Made by a program: the position numbers and the translations under genes. Positions 1-7,842 of a stretch of 51,539 nucleotides of DNA are shown piece after piece. The stretch comes from a virus (lineage: Duplodnaviria > Caudoviricetes), in the IMG/VR virus record IMGVR_UViG_3300025505_000001, positions 1 to 51,539 of that record, one strand, 5' to 3'. The notes below the pieces were generated by a model. The model saw only the letters and a program-made list of their open reading frames with translations, was not told where the DNA came from and ran no database searches. Within the stretch, counting starts at the first letter, position 1. Every line of letters starts with the position of its first letter.

Positions 1-186
1 TATGTTCTTGCACCCCCGAGTGTGCATCCAGATGGTTCGGTCTACGACTGGGTCCTCCCGCTCGTCGACGAAGAAACAGGCGAGACCTACCTAGCCGACC
101 TTCCTGAATGGGTCATAGAGTTCTTTGCGGAGCAGAAGGGCCTTCTGGAGAGCACGTCCTACGGGGACGAGCGCCTCTGGAAACTG
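1..186 (+). repeat. Diverged terminal direct repeat, copy 1 (62 codons)
   Basis: Aligns without gaps to 51354-51539; 32 mismatches by manual count, 59/62 aa identical. Confidence 0.95.
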
Positions 187-1197
187 AATCTTCCTGGAGG
201 TCTCAAGGACGGCGAGGGCCGAAACAACACCGCCGCCTCAGTAGCGGGCATCCTGGTCGCGTCCCTTCCTGAGGAACTGTGGGAACTAGCCGGATGGGCA
301 GGGCTAAAGGATTGGAACTTCACCAACACTCCGCCGCTCGGCGATAAGGAGTTGAGGACGACCTTCGACTCTATCGCTAACAAGGAAAGGTCTAAGAGAC
401 GTGGACAGCAAATCGAAGTCTATACTCTCGCCGAACTCCAACACTCCCGGCCTGCGCCACCCGAATTTGTTATACCATATCTGTTGGCTGTTGGTCAAAC
501 ACTGCTCGTGGGCCATCCCAAGGCGGGAAAGTCCGCTTTCTGTTTGGGGCTGGGTCTGTCGGTGGCTACAGGATTACCCCCGTTCGCGAATACGGCAGAG
601 AGTCTTGCTCACTACGGGCACGGATTTGTTTCGAATAAGGCCGGAGTCCTATACCTGGCGCTTGAAGACAATCGTCATAGGTTCTACGAGCGGACAGCCC
701 AAATGTATCTGGGGTCTTCGGCTTGGCCATCGAACTTTTATATTACGCATAAATGGCCTGCGGCCAGCGACGGCGGCAATCAAGCAATTTCCAACTTTCT
801 GGACCAGCACCCAGAAGTCAAGTTGGTTATCATTGATACGCTTCTACCCTACATTAAGAAGGTAAGCCAGAAGGGCGATGTCTTCGCGGGACAGTACCAG
901 ATGATGGAGCCGACGTTCCAGTTGGCCCACGAGAAGGGTGTGTGTGTGCTCATCATCTATCACTCCAGGAAGGGCTACACGAAGGACCCGACTGATGCCG
1001 TCGCCGGAACGAACGGCATGAGCGCGGTGCCGGACACCGTCATCAACCTGGCACGTCAGGCCGGGAGCCCGGTCGCGGACCTCATCATGTCGTCGAGGGA
1101 CTTCCAAGGAGATACGATTCACTTGAGACAGCAAGGAAGCATCGGCTGGAAACTGGAAGTCCCCCAACCGGAGGAAGCCAATGCCAAATCTGTGTGA
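1..1197 (+). CDS. Primase-helicase, C-terminal part (end of Prim-Pol domain, PriCT-like region, RepA/AAA_25-type helicase); continues from 50961-51539
   Basis: Frame open from base 1 (YVLAPPSVHPDG); GEGRNN PriCT-like motif; Walker A GHPKAGKS; Walker B LVIIDT; IIYHSRK. Confidence 0.9.
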   Translation, partial: YVLAPPSVHPDGSVYDWVLPLVDEETGETYLADLPEWVIEFFAEQKGLLESTSYGDERLWKLNLPGGLKDGEGRNNTAASVAGILVASLPEELWELAGWAGLKDWNFTNTPPLGDKELRTTFDSIANKERSKRRGQQIEVYTLAELQHSRPAPPEFVIPYLLAVGQTLLVGHPKAGKSAFCLGLGLSVATGLPPFANTAESLAHYGHGFVSNKAGVLYLALEDNRHRFYERTAQMYLGSSAWPSNFYITHKWPAASDGGNQAISNFLDQHPEVKLVIIDTLLPYIKKVSQKGDVFAGQYQMMEPTFQLAHEKGVCVLIIYHSRKGYTKDPTDAVAGTNGMSAVPDTVINLARQAGSPVADLIMSSRDFQGDTIHLRQQGSIGWKLEVPQPEEANAKSV

Positions 1198-1309
1198 CCA
1201 ATGCGGCGAAGAATCGGAGGACCTACAGAAGGTCGTACTCAAGGTTGGGTTCGACCCGGACATGGAGGTGTCGCTTTGTCCCGATTGTCGGTCCATGAAT
1301 CGAAAATGA
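1181..1309 (+). CDS. Small zinc-ribbon protein (42 aa)
   Basis: GGAGG RBS; MPNLCDQCG...LCPDCRS with two CxxC; not in the ORF track. Confidence 0.7.
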   Translation: MPNLCDQCGEESEDLQKVVLKVGFDPDMEVSLCPDCRSMNRK

Positions 1310-1468
1310 TATCCATGATTATTAACATGGGTCGGGGGGGGTCGAGCGACCGCCCCCTCTCTGTATGTTCTCGCTTTAAGGTCCCGATTGATGGGACAAA
1401 TGTCCCGCAAAATTCTCCGATAATGAACTCAGGGCTACCCCGACACATGTAGTGGCTCATGGATATCA
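1307..1468 (+). ncRNA. Candidate rod-like structured RNA (or structured origin element)
   Basis: Perfect 12-bp inverted repeat TGATATCCATGA/TCATGGATATCA; nested ACATG/CATGT and GTCGGG/CCCGAC pairs; G-U pairs on + strand; apical GTCCC/GGGAC hairpin. Confidence 0.45.
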
Positions 1469-1486
1469 CTTTCCGCAAAGCGGGAC

Positions 1487-1516
1487 TTGACAGATGGGTT
1501 GTGTGTGTGCTATACT
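1487..1516 (+). promoter_or_regulatory. Sigma70-type promoter
   Basis: TTGACA-18 nt-TATACT with extended -10 TG. Confidence 0.75.
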
Positions 1517-1517
1517 T

Positions 1518-1655
1518 GGGGCGTAAGGCGAGACAGTATGCAACCTCTGTCGCAAGGCACGTTCTCTCGCTAAGCATTAGGGGCCCTGGTCCGGGTTTTC
1601 CTAGACGGCAGTCTAAATGACTGAGGTACATGGGTCCCTAAAGGTTTCAGCCTCC
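1518..1655 (+). ncRNA. Structured leader or small-RNA candidate
   Basis: TTAGGGGCCC/GGGTCCCTAA stem enclosing TAGAC-GGCA-GTCTA GNRA hairpin; lies between a promoter and a terminator-like hairpin. Confidence 0.4.
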
Positions 1656-1664
1656 TCGAAGAAG

Positions 1665-1715
1665 AAATAGCCCTTCAACCCTCGCTTCGCGGGGAACTTG
1701 AAGAGGCTATTTTTG
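1665..1715 (+). terminator. Terminator/attenuator hairpin that sequesters the RBS of gene 1717
   Basis: AAATAGCCCTTCAA...TTGAAGAGGCTATTT ending in a T run, 2 nt before the ATG. Confidence 0.6.
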
Positions 1716-1716
1716 C

Positions 1717-2724
1717 ATGAAGAGAACCCTACTTTCCCTCCTGATGGTGTTAGCGGTGCTGGCGTCCCATCCCGCGAGGGCTATAGCCGTTACGCCGAAG
1801 GCGACTCAAACCATTCAATGGAACATCTCGACCGATAAGTCGGGCCGCCTCGACCACCGATACATCGACCTCGTCTATATGTCGAAGGGAAAGATTGTTG
1901 GCTTCCAACCTCATATTGGCTCTAAGCCGAACGAACGATGGTTCGGGCTTTCAAACTCCGGCGGAGTAGCCCAATACTTTGTGTCGCCGGGGGGCTCCCC
2001 TCTGGGACCTGACATCAGCACAGTGATTGCGTCTTCGACGGGATGCGCCCCGGGATGTGTGAAGGTCGAGGACAACGGCGCAGTAGACGTAACTCTTGTC
2101 GGAGGTTCCATCTCCTTCTCTCTCCCCTTTAGCGGTCTCTCGGACCAGCAAGCCGGAACAACGGGAGCATCCATTGGCTTGATGGGCTACACCGGGGTCG
2201 ACAACTGCGGTTCAGGCTCATCGCCCTGCTTTGACCGACTCCAATCTTCTTCTGGGGCCCTGAACGTATCAGTGCAACAAGGAACATCCACGATTGGAGG
2301 CGTCAACTCGATACCGAAATACCAAGCCTACGGAGCCAAGACCCCTCTGGTCTCCCAAGCCGACTTTGCCGTCAACAACGCTTCCTGTACGGCGGTCGTC
2401 GACCCGGCCTCCTATACCGGAGGAGCCCCAAATACGGGACACTACTGCTGGAACTTCCTGGTCGGGCCCGGCACCATCTACGAGATAACCTACCAGTCCT
2501 TGTCAAACATGAATACCCTCGTGGCTGGAACCACGGTTCAATGCTTCGATAATGCCACGACCAACACAGGTGCAATCGTCTGGGAAGCGATGGCTGGCGC
2601 AGGAGGCTGGCGTCCCTTCGTAGCGCCTTACGGCAGGCCCGTCGTCAATGGCTTGACTTGCATAGCCAACCACGCCTTCGGTGTCGCCGCGAACGACTCT
2701 CTTGAGGTCATCCTGAAGAAATGA
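1717..2724 (+). CDS. Signal-peptide protein with virion-like beta-rich C-terminal domain
   Basis: MKRTLLSLLMVLAVLASHPARA Sec signal (AxA); 8 Cys; beta-rich. Confidence 0.75.
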   Translation: MKRTLLSLLMVLAVLASHPARAIAVTPKATQTIQWNISTDKSGRLDHRYIDLVYMSKGKIVGFQPHIGSKPNERWFGLSNSGGVAQYFVSPGGSPLGPDISTVIASSTGCAPGCVKVEDNGAVDVTLVGGSISFSLPFSGLSDQQAGTTGASIGLMGYTGVDNCGSGSSPCFDRLQSSSGALNVSVQQGTSTIGGVNSIPKYQAYGAKTPLVSQADFAVNNASCTAVVDPASYTGGAPNTGHYCWNFLVGPGTIYEITYQSLSNMNTLVAGTTVQCFDNATTNTGAIVWEAMAGAGGWRPFVAPYGRPVVNGLTCIANHAFGVAANDSLEVILKK

Positions 2725-3812
2725 TTAAACGCTTTGCTTTCTTAGGCCTCGTCGTCCTGGCCGTAGCCGGGTTCGTCCTCAATCCTCTCGGGGGTCCTCC
2801 CCTTCGGGGAAGCCTAGCCCAAGCCGCCGACAGTTGGACCAACACGGGTGTCGCCTTCGACCCTATATCCCTGGCTACGACCGGGTCTGCTCCTCCGGCT
2901 ATCTCCCTGACGGGAGCCACCCCCTTCATCGGTACGACCTCAACGACAGCGGCCCTCGGTGTCTTCTCCGGGGCAACGACGGCTGACGTAGGCGGAGTCC
3001 AGTTCACTTGTGTGGGGTGCACAGCGTCTACGACGGCGGTCACGCACACCGGAGTCCTTGCCATCGTACAGCCTGCCGGAGCCAATACATATAGCCTGGC
3101 CTTCCTCGCCCCGGGAACGGCCTGCACCGGAACGACCGAATGCTTCTCGGCTGTCGCCGTCACGACGAACGGCGGCGTAACCTGGAGCATCAATACAGCC
3201 ACAGCGACCGATGGCATCAACTTCAACCATGCCGTGACGACCAACGGCGGCATCGGCATATGCACCGGACCCAACTCGATTGTCGGCTTCCAGAACGATG
3301 GCTCGAACCGAGGCTCCGTAACCTGCGCGGGTGACTGGAAGTACGGTGGCACATCGACCGGAAATCTTCTGGGGAACGCCAACTCAGGAGGCAAGGGCGA
3401 AATAGCCTCGGGAGGCGCTTCCGCTCTCGGGTCGGCAACTGCCAACACCGGAGACATCATCATCGGGGGGTCGTCCTCGGTCGCTCCTTGCGGAGCCTCC
3501 AACACTTGCGGCGGCCACCTGCATCAACCTGCCAACTTCACTTGTGCAGTAACCCTCGCGGCTGGTGTGTGTGCTACTGGAGTCCCTGAAGCGGTCCATG
3601 TGACCACGTCCACGAACGCCCTCACGACTCTTCAAGTGAACTTCTTGCAAGCGTTCACGAACGCTCCGCTCTGTCATATCCAGGACGAAACGACCAACAT
3701 CACCGGATGGCACGTCGTCATCAACAGCACGACCCAAGTCACCTTTAGCATCGCAGGAGCGGCCATCAACGATACGTTTGACGCGGGTTGCTTCTTGGGA
3801 AACGGAGCCTAA
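2721..3812 (+). CDS. Tail-fibre-like protein with N-terminal signal peptide
   Basis: MIKRFAFLGLVVLAVAG hydrophobic leader; G/T/A-rich; C-terminal VNFLQAFTNAP...STTQVTF...FLG resembles tail-fibre tip domains; 12 Cys. Confidence 0.7.
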   Translation: MIKRFAFLGLVVLAVAGFVLNPLGGPPLRGSLAQAADSWTNTGVAFDPISLATTGSAPPAISLTGATPFIGTTSTTAALGVFSGATTADVGGVQFTCVGCTASTTAVTHTGVLAIVQPAGANTYSLAFLAPGTACTGTTECFSAVAVTTNGGVTWSINTATATDGINFNHAVTTNGGIGICTGPNSIVGFQNDGSNRGSVTCAGDWKYGGTSTGNLLGNANSGGKGEIASGGASALGSATANTGDIIIGGSSSVAPCGASNTCGGHLHQPANFTCAVTLAAGVCATGVPEAVHVTTSTNALTTLQVNFLQAFTNAPLCHIQDETTNITGWHVVINSTTQVTFSIAGAAINDTFDAGCFLGNGA

Positions 3813-6041
3813 ATGCGAAGCGTTGTTAGCCTCTTCGTAGCCTCGGTCCTCTTCGCTGGCATCATGGCCTTTGGGTGTGGCTCTGACCCTTGGAGCAATC
3901 GAGGGTCTTCGTCCTGCTATTCAAACGCTCAAGGCGTCATTGTGTGTTCCGTTTCTCCGCCTCCGGCTCCGAGCCCGCCTGCGGCTTCTCCGGGACTTCC
4001 TTGTACTTACTCCGGAGGGGTCTTCACTCAATCGGGCCTGACTGCCCCCTCTATCACTCAGACGTGTGCGCCTTTTGTGCCCCCCATGCAAACTTCATGG
4101 GGTAAGTCCGGCTCAAAGACCATGCAAGATGCCACCATGAACAAGTTCTTCGTGCTCTGCCGAGACGACAGTGCCGCTATGAACGTCACGGACGCGGCGA
4201 ACTCCGAAAAGTCCTGGGCTCATGCGGTCGGGCGCATCGGCAAGGCCGGATGCTGGGCTCAATACTACACCAACCTGGCTCTAGGCGCAGACTACGTCGA
4301 CGTAGGCTGTACGGGCGTCAACCGCAACGACCATCCTCGGATGGACAACTATGACGTTGCCGCGACCCAAGGCGACTCGACCTTCACGGGCCTCAATATG
4401 TTCCAGCACGACCCGTCGCTCCATCCGTCGCCCCCGACGCCGACTCCCTCTTCGAGCAACCGAAACGGAACCGGAAACGCCGCAGGCTCAAACTGTACTC
4501 GGACGAGCGACGGCGCAATCGAGCACCCCGACCTCGAACAACTCGTCCTCAATCGGACTCCCTACGTCTTCTATTCGGCGCAACTGCGTTGGGGAACCCT
4601 CCTCAACGACGGGGGCATCCTGGCCGCAAACTACAAATGGACTAACACTCCTGCTCCCGGTGAGGCCCCGACGCCATCGCCCATCAACGGAGTCGGCTGT
4701 ACCCTCGTCTCGACGACCGGAGCCTTGACGCCCGATTGTTACTACTCGATTTACGAGGACCAATTCTCTTGCGGAAACGGTCGCGGTGGGGGCGGCGGCT
4801 TGTTCCCTGCCAGCGGACCTCCGGCTTCGATGGAACTCGACCCTACGATGTATGGCTTTGACGGCTACACCGGATGCTTCCCGGGAGTCGAGGCCGACTC
4901 AGCGGCCTTTATGTCGGTGTGGGCACACGCCAAAAGTTGTTGCCCCTTGGGTTCTGGAACCATAGCCCCGTTTTATGTGTGGTATAACGGCATTTCTACC
5001 CTTCTCGACAATACGCCTATCTCGCTGTCGTCGCCGACCGACAACACCACGGGTCACGGCGTCACATGTTCGACCACAATGGTCGGTCCATCAAACGTCA
5101 TGGGAGGAGGCATCGAAGGCGTCTTCCTACACTTTGCTCAGCCTGCGTCAGGCTCTTCCAAACGCGGAGCCAACATCGACACCGCTCCCCAAGCAATAAA
5201 TTGTGTGTCCGACATGGCGGCCCTCGGCAAGGCTACGATTCTCGAATCGTATGACCGCAACACTATCGGCGACCACGAAGACTGGAGAGTCTACGTCGAA
5301 GCGGCCTACCAGGTCGCCTGCGGAGACCTCTTTCAATACTGCGTGTTCGGAGACGACCTCTACGACGGCTCCCAGAATTGTGTCCTCTGCGGCGGCAACA
5401 ACACCGCCGAAGTCCATCCCGAGAATGGCCTCGTAGCCCTCAGTGCCCCCCTGGCGGGCGTCCGTGTAGCCTTCACCGAAGGCGGCGTTTACCCGACATA
5501 CCAAGGAAATGGGTCCTTCTGTCCTTCAGCCGGAGGAGCCTCGGGCGGAGGAGCCGAGTTCGTCGTCCGATGCGGCACCGACATTCAAGGCAATCCGGCC
5601 CCGCTCGACCTCGTCGAGTATTCCTCGTGCTCATACTTCGGAGTCATCATCGGGCCTTGTGGCTTCCTGATAAATCTGACGGACCAAAACCAGACGATTG
5701 TCGGGCTCTCCTTCGGACAGACCTACGCCCATATCGTCGACTGCAACCAAATCATCACGAACGGAAGCACTCAGCCTCAGTGCAATCCCCCGTATTACTC
5801 GGGAAGCACTCCGGCTACGCCCGCTCCTATCGGAACCGACCATTCATTCTTCGACGGAACGGCCAACGGACAGACGGGAGCAGTCATCAACTTCGGAGAC
5901 GGCACTGGCGCTGGCGGCTCTATGTGTTCAACGGCGTCGGCCCCTCATCCCTACGGGAATGTGCCTGCGGCCTGCCCGACCTGGAATCCCTCGTATGTCC
6001 TACCGAAGGACGGCGGTGCCCTCTTCATGTTCCATAACTAG
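3813..6041 (+). CDS. Cys-rich lipoprotein/secreted protein, possible glycoside hydrolase-like depolymerase
   Basis: Hydrophobic leader ending AFGC (lipobox-like); P/S/T linkers; ~29 Cys; spaced acidic motifs (IYEDQF, WYNG, GIEGVF). Confidence 0.7.
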   Translation: MRSVVSLFVASVLFAGIMAFGCGSDPWSNRGSSSCYSNAQGVIVCSVSPPPAPSPPAASPGLPCTYSGGVFTQSGLTAPSITQTCAPFVPPMQTSWGKSGSKTMQDATMNKFFVLCRDDSAAMNVTDAANSEKSWAHAVGRIGKAGCWAQYYTNLALGADYVDVGCTGVNRNDHPRMDNYDVAATQGDSTFTGLNMFQHDPSLHPSPPTPTPSSSNRNGTGNAAGSNCTRTSDGAIEHPDLEQLVLNRTPYVFYSAQLRWGTLLNDGGILAANYKWTNTPAPGEAPTPSPINGVGCTLVSTTGALTPDCYYSIYEDQFSCGNGRGGGGGLFPASGPPASMELDPTMYGFDGYTGCFPGVEADSAAFMSVWAHAKSCCPLGSGTIAPFYVWYNGISTLLDNTPISLSSPTDNTTGHGVTCSTTMVGPSNVMGGGIEGVFLHFAQPASGSSKRGANIDTAPQAINCVSDMAALGKATILESYDRNTIGDHEDWRVYVEAAYQVACGDLFQYCVFGDDLYDGSQNCVLCGGNNTAEVHPENGLVALSAPLAGVRVAFTEGGVYPTYQGNGSFCPSAGGASGGGAEFVVRCGTDIQGNPAPLDLVEYSSCSYFGVIIGPCGFLINLTDQNQTIVGLSFGQTYAHIVDCNQIITNGSTQPQCNPPYYSGSTPATPAPIGTDHSFFDGTANGQTGAVINFGDGTGAGGSMCSTASAPHPYGNVPAACPTWNPSYVLPKDGGALFMFHN

Positions 6042-6481
6042 GGGCGGTCCAGGATGGCGCGGACCTCTTCGAGGGAAGCGCCCTGCGTTTCAAGAACGTG
6101 CCTTAACGACCTGGCGCAAGAGGCGTTCTTTTCCTGTAAAGCGTCACGCTCGGCAAGCAACGTGTCGTAGTGCCCGCCGTACCAATCATCGGCGTGTTTA
6201 ATCTCGGCTTCCAACTCCGCGATCCGTTGCGCGTCAGAGGAGAGAGCGTCGCGGACTTTATAGAGCGTGTCTTGCAGGTCGAGGTTTTTGTAGGCGAGGT
6301 GATGTCCAATCCAAAACGTGACGCGGTTTTCGAGGTCCCCCCGCCCCGACGAAGGCTCCAAGTCCGGTTCCTCGTTGAGTTGAATACCGCCAACGCCTCT
6401 CGGACGCTTTGGGGAGTCGGTGGTGCCCTGGTCGGTCGGCTCGGGCCTGCGTATGAAAGTGCGTTTTTGGTGGATGCTCAT
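6038..6481 (-). CDS. Hypothetical coiled-coil protein
   Basis: ATGA overlap with upstream gene; AQRIAELEAEI heptads. Confidence 0.7.
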   Translation of the reverse strand: MSIHQKRTFIRRPEPTDQGTTDSPKRPRGVGGIQLNEEPDLEPSSGRGDLENRVTFWIGHHLAYKNLDLQDTLYKVRDALSSDAQRIAELEAEIKHADDWYGGHYDTLLAERDALQEKNASCARSLRHVLETQGASLEEVRAILDRP

Positions 6482-6681
6482 TTCTCGCCGTCCTTTTCGG
6501 GTAGGACCCCGCAATTCGCGAATGGGTCATCGAAGCATATCTTGTGCCGGATGACGTGGCGTAACTGCTTCCAGATAGTTTTCGCGGGCGCGAATGGGAA
6601 CGCGGTTCCGCTCCAAAGCAAGGCGTCCGCTTCTTCAGAACATGACGCACCAGCCGCGATTGCTAATTCCGTCCAAGTCAT
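6478..6681 (-). CDS. Hypothetical protein
   Basis: Coupled by 4-nt overlaps on both sides. Confidence 0.7.
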   Translation of the reverse strand: MTWTELAIAAGASCSEEADALLWSGTAFPFAPAKTIWKQLRHVIRHKICFDDPFANCGVLPEKDGEK

Positions 6682-6857
6682 TTACTGCTCTCCTCATGGG
6701 GTAGGACCGGGGCCTCGATAAAGTGCCATCCGCGTCCATTGCAAGACGGGCACACCTTGTCTTGGTCGGCCAAGATAACCCAACGCCAAAAACTCTGGTC
6801 GCGCATCCATCCGCTACCGTGACAAATACGGCAAGTCTCGCGTGTCGGCTTACTCAT
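6678..6857 (-). CDS. DnaJ-type zinc-finger small protein
   Basis: CRICHGSG and CPSCNGRG (CxxCxGxG) motifs. Confidence 0.7.
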   Translation of the reverse strand: MSKPTRETCRICHGSGWMRDQSFWRWVILADQDKVCPSCNGRGWHFIEAPVLPHEESSK

Positions 6858-6875
6858 GGGGTAGGACCGGGGCCT
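6693..6875. repeat. 23-bp perfect direct repeat (6693-6715 and 6853-6875)
   Basis: CTCATGGGGTAGGACCGGGGCCT twice, 160 bp apart. Confidence 0.9.
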
Positions 6876-6978
6876 TGGGTTTGTAGCCTTCACATTCGCG
6901 GCAGAGGTGGTGGCCGTCCGTTATCGTGCCCCACTCGCGACAACCGGGGCAGAGGCCGTATCCCGGCTTGCCGTTCAT
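6850..6978 (-). CDS. Small zinc-binding protein (42 aa)
   Basis: CPGC...CREC; ATGA overlap with upstream gene. Confidence 0.6.
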   Translation of the reverse strand: MNGKPGYGLCPGCREWGTITDGHHLCRECEGYKPKAPVLPHE

Positions 6979-7274
6979 TTGTCGTCCTCCTGGGTACGGC
7001 CCTGAACGACAGCAAGAACGGCGTCCACGACCGCACCCCATACGTCGTCGTTAGAGTCGCCGTTCGGCAGGTAGTATTTATCGCACCATGCCTCACTCGC
7101 AGCGGTTGCCGCCCGCTCTCTGCTCTCTTGGTCGGGCTTCGGCAAGGCGGAGAGATAGGCTTCTACCATTCGTTGAGCAGTATCGTCTACTGACCCAATG
7201 TCGCACGGGTCCACATCATGTTCAAGAACATTGACGGCCGCTTGGAGCGCCGTGGGGTCAAGCCTTGTAGTCAT
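6975..7274 (-). CDS. Hypothetical protein
   Basis: ATGA-coupled ORF starting MTTRLDP. Confidence 0.65.
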   Translation of the reverse strand: MTTRLDPTALQAAVNVLEHDVDPCDIGSVDDTAQRMVEAYLSALPKPDQESRERAATAASEAWCDKYYLPNGDSNDDVWGAVVDAVLAVVQGRTQEDDK

Positions 7275-7591
7275 CTGGTTCTTCCTCCGGTCCCCGGCGA
7301 GTTCTCTCGAAGAGCGTTGGAGCAACATCCGTCGCATCCATGCTGAGTGTCGTGGTCGCCTTGCGAAGCACGGTATGCCGCGTCATCTGGGTCAGGATGT
7401 CCGACGCCATGACCGCAGATTCGCTCCATGATTTGACGGTCCTCTCTCCAGTTCGTTGGGAAGTTCGCTAAGCGATGGAGGCTCGGTGCGTGAATCACGC
7501 AGGTCCGCTCTGCGCAGAGCAGAGGGGAATGAACTCCGTACAGCACTTGTCCCGTTCCTGTGATGTAATCGCCATCACCGAAGGTGGTCAT
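7271..7591 (-). CDS. Hypothetical Cys/His-rich metal-binding phage protein
   Basis: CVIH, MERICGHGVGHPDPD, HGCDGCC motifs. Confidence 0.75.
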   Translation of the reverse strand: MTTFGDGDYITGTGQVLYGVHSPLLCAERTCVIHAPSLHRLANFPTNWREDRQIMERICGHGVGHPDPDDAAYRASQGDHDTQHGCDGCCSNALRENSPGTGGRTR

Positions 7592-7842
7592 TTGACTATC
7601 TCGATTTTCCCTACCCCTCGGGGAGGAGAGATTTGCTTGACGCAGACGTTTGCGTCGTACCGGGCTCCGGTCTTCACATCGTAATACTTGTCCTCTGTGC
7701 AGATGCGACCAGAGTTATCGACCTTCTGCGCCTTCGGCGGAGACTGGTGGAGGCTTGGATAAGCCCCCACCCTCACACCGACCAGGAAGGCGGCCATCAC
7801 GCAGAGGACTGCGATGAGGACGTACAATCCTGGGCCGCGCAT
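7588..7842 (-). CDS. Membrane-anchored hypothetical protein
   Basis: N-terminal TM LYVLIAVLCVMAAFLVGV; TAATG coupling. Confidence 0.65.
   Translation of the reverse strand: MRGPGLYVLIAVLCVMAAFLVGVRVGAYPSLHQSPPKAQKVDNSGRICTEDKYYDVKTGARYDANVCVKQISPPRGVGKIEIVK

Noticed and set aside
6693-6875. Mini CRISPR array
   Set aside because: Only two repeats, a 137-bp interval containing a gene, and no cas operon.
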